From: an uncultured Candidatus Poseidoniales archaeon
GTDB taxonomy: Archaea > Thermoplasmatota > Poseidoniia > Poseidoniales > Poseidoniaceae
NCBI GenBank assembly: GCA_902520595.1
Contig: CABYOM010000001.1
Span: 528-64,527, forward strand
DNA length: 64,000 bases
Direction of reading: 5' to 3'
Shown: positions 63,130 to 64,000 of the stretch, one piece after another
Layout of the letters: every line of letters starts with the position of its first letter
Numbering within the stretch: the stretch's first letter is position 1
The notes under the pieces: generated by a model
Told to the model about the DNA's origin: nothing
The model's input: only the letters and a program-made list of their open reading frames with translations
The model's database searches: none
Position numbers and translations under genes: made by a program

Positions 63130-63420
63130 ATGAAACGATCCAAGGGACTGCGAGTTCGCACACGAAGCATTCTACGTCGCCGAAAGTCTGAGCGTAGCCG
63201 CATCAATATCAGTCGCGTTATGCATGACTATCAAGAAGGCGACAGAGTTGCTATTGTACTCGATGGTGGGCAACAAATGGGTATGCCTCACCGCCGTTTC
63301 CACGGCCGAACTGGATTCATCGAAAAGCGACAAGGCGTGGCTTGGGTTGTTGCTGTTAAGGACGGCAACATGGCAAAAACGGTCATTGCTCGACCAGAGC
63401 ACCTTCGACCACTTGAATGA
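63130..63420 (+). CDS. rpl21e: Ribosomal protein L21e
   Basis: 'MKRSKGLRVRTRS...YQEGDRVAIVLDG...MPHRRFHGRTG'. AAAGGAG RBS upstream. Confidence 0.88.
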   Translation: MKRSKGLRVRTRSILRRRKSERSRINISRVMHDYQEGDRVAIVLDGGQQMGMPHRRFHGRTGFIEKRQGVAWVVAVKDGNMAKTVIARPEHLRPLE

Positions 63421-63429
63421 GGAATTACT

Positions 63430-63795
63430 ATGACTGAAGAAGAGCGTTTCGTAGACTTTGCTACTGTTCGAACATTATTGTTGGATGCTGAAAAGCGACG
63501 TAAGAATCTCACCTATGAACAAAAAGCTGCACTTCAACATGCCGAATGGGCTGCAAGTGATGCTCGTAACGGTTACAAAACCGACCCCGAAGTATTCCAA
63601 TCTTTGAAAGACGCTCTTTGCGAAGTTGAAACACTTTCAACTGCCCCTCACTTGGCTGCAAAGTTGGCAGAGTTAATGCCAATGTACCCAAACGATGTGA
63701 AGGCTGTGCTTGCTTCAAGCCGGGGAATGACCATCAGTGATGATGAAATCAATACCGTCTTGGAACTCGTTCGACAACATGTTGGCTTTGAATAA
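63430..63795 (+). CDS. rpoF: RNA polymerase subunit Rpo4/RpoF
   Basis: 121 aa in the conserved L21e-RpoF-DUF655 order, with the HRDC-like helical pattern 'LTYEQKAALQHA...AAKLAELMP...DVKAVL'. Confidence 0.7.
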   Translation: MTEEERFVDFATVRTLLLDAEKRRKNLTYEQKAALQHAEWAASDARNGYKTDPEVFQSLKDALCEVETLSTAPHLAAKLAELMPMYPNDVKAVLASSRGMTISDDEINTVLELVRQHVGFE

Positions 63796-63824
63796 TACAG
63801 CCACCCCCTTTGAGGTGATTTGAC

Positions 63825-64000
63825 ATGACTGGCGCTCGACGTGACCGTAATATCAAGATTGGTTCTGCTAAGAAAAAGAATACCTCCACCGCATCTACCG
63901 GTTGGTCAAGACCTGCTGAAGGTCGACGGGATATTACCCCGGCGAAGAAAACGCCAGCGCCACAGAGTCAAACGCCGCGTCGCTCTGAGAACCGTCGCAG
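63825..64000 (+). CDS. 5' part of a basic protein, probably the DUF655-type gene that follows rpoF in archaea (runs off the window)
   Basis: From the ATG at 63825 the frame stays open to the window end: 'MTGARRDRNIKIGSAKKKNTSTAS...'. Assigned by gene order only. Confidence 0.4.
   Translation, partial: MTGARRDRNIKIGSAKKKNTSTASTGWSRPAEGRRDITPAKKTPAPQSQTPRRSENRR

Overview
Archaeal chromosomal window. The evidence is the SecE-Spt5-L11-L1-P0-P1 cluster, L21e-RpoF and Pus10. It is probably a marine planktonic euryarchaeote, but that is inference only. All functional calls rest on reading motifs in the supplied translations; no searches were run. From 1 to 28.3 kb the genes are housekeeping and stress functions: PGM/PMM, the ribosomal stalk operon, a DnaJ-like protein, an RNase R-like protein, CopA/CopZ, tRNA-Leu(UAG), a MacB-type ABC pair, peroxiredoxin plus KatG, and a class-V aminotransferase. 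From 56.2 to 64 kb they are a DsrE-like protein, an RND/MMPL exporter, a GNAT, Pus10, L21e and RpoF. Between them (about 28.35-56.18 kb) lies a visibly A+T-richer, non-housekeeping island, which is the main finding. It has three parts. (i) A + strand pair encodes a two-CARF / PD-(D/E)xK protein (Can1/Card1-like) and a Cas10-like palm-domain cyclase, with no CRISPR array, cas1/cas2 or RAMP genes in view. (ii) A 12-kb minus-strand cluster encodes ubiquitin-like beta-grasp domains carried as N-terminal fusions with internal Gly-Gly (Ubl-Ubl-JAMM protease and Ubl-E2). It also encodes a stand-alone UBC-type E2, two paralogous two-lobed E1s, a Cdc48-like double AAA+ ATPase, a Zn-ribbon, and several tiny acidic, basic, Cys-rich or membrane proteins. 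Eight copies of a palindromic TGTYAA-NN-TTRACA promoter/operator-like motif and a reiterated leader cassette punctuate this cluster. (iii) A divergent + strand operon encodes a tandem CARF-like/wHTH regulator, two unknown proteins and a 2049-aa P-loop + SF1-helicase protein. I propose this is a composite conflict/defence system coupling cyclic-nucleotide signalling to ubiquitin-like conjugation and unfolding. Smaller oddities are an L11 gene encoding only the C-terminal domain, an Spt5 with a degenerate Nudix-like N-terminal fusion, a Pus10 with a SAP-like insertion, and a decayed tandem duplication next to the GNAT gene.
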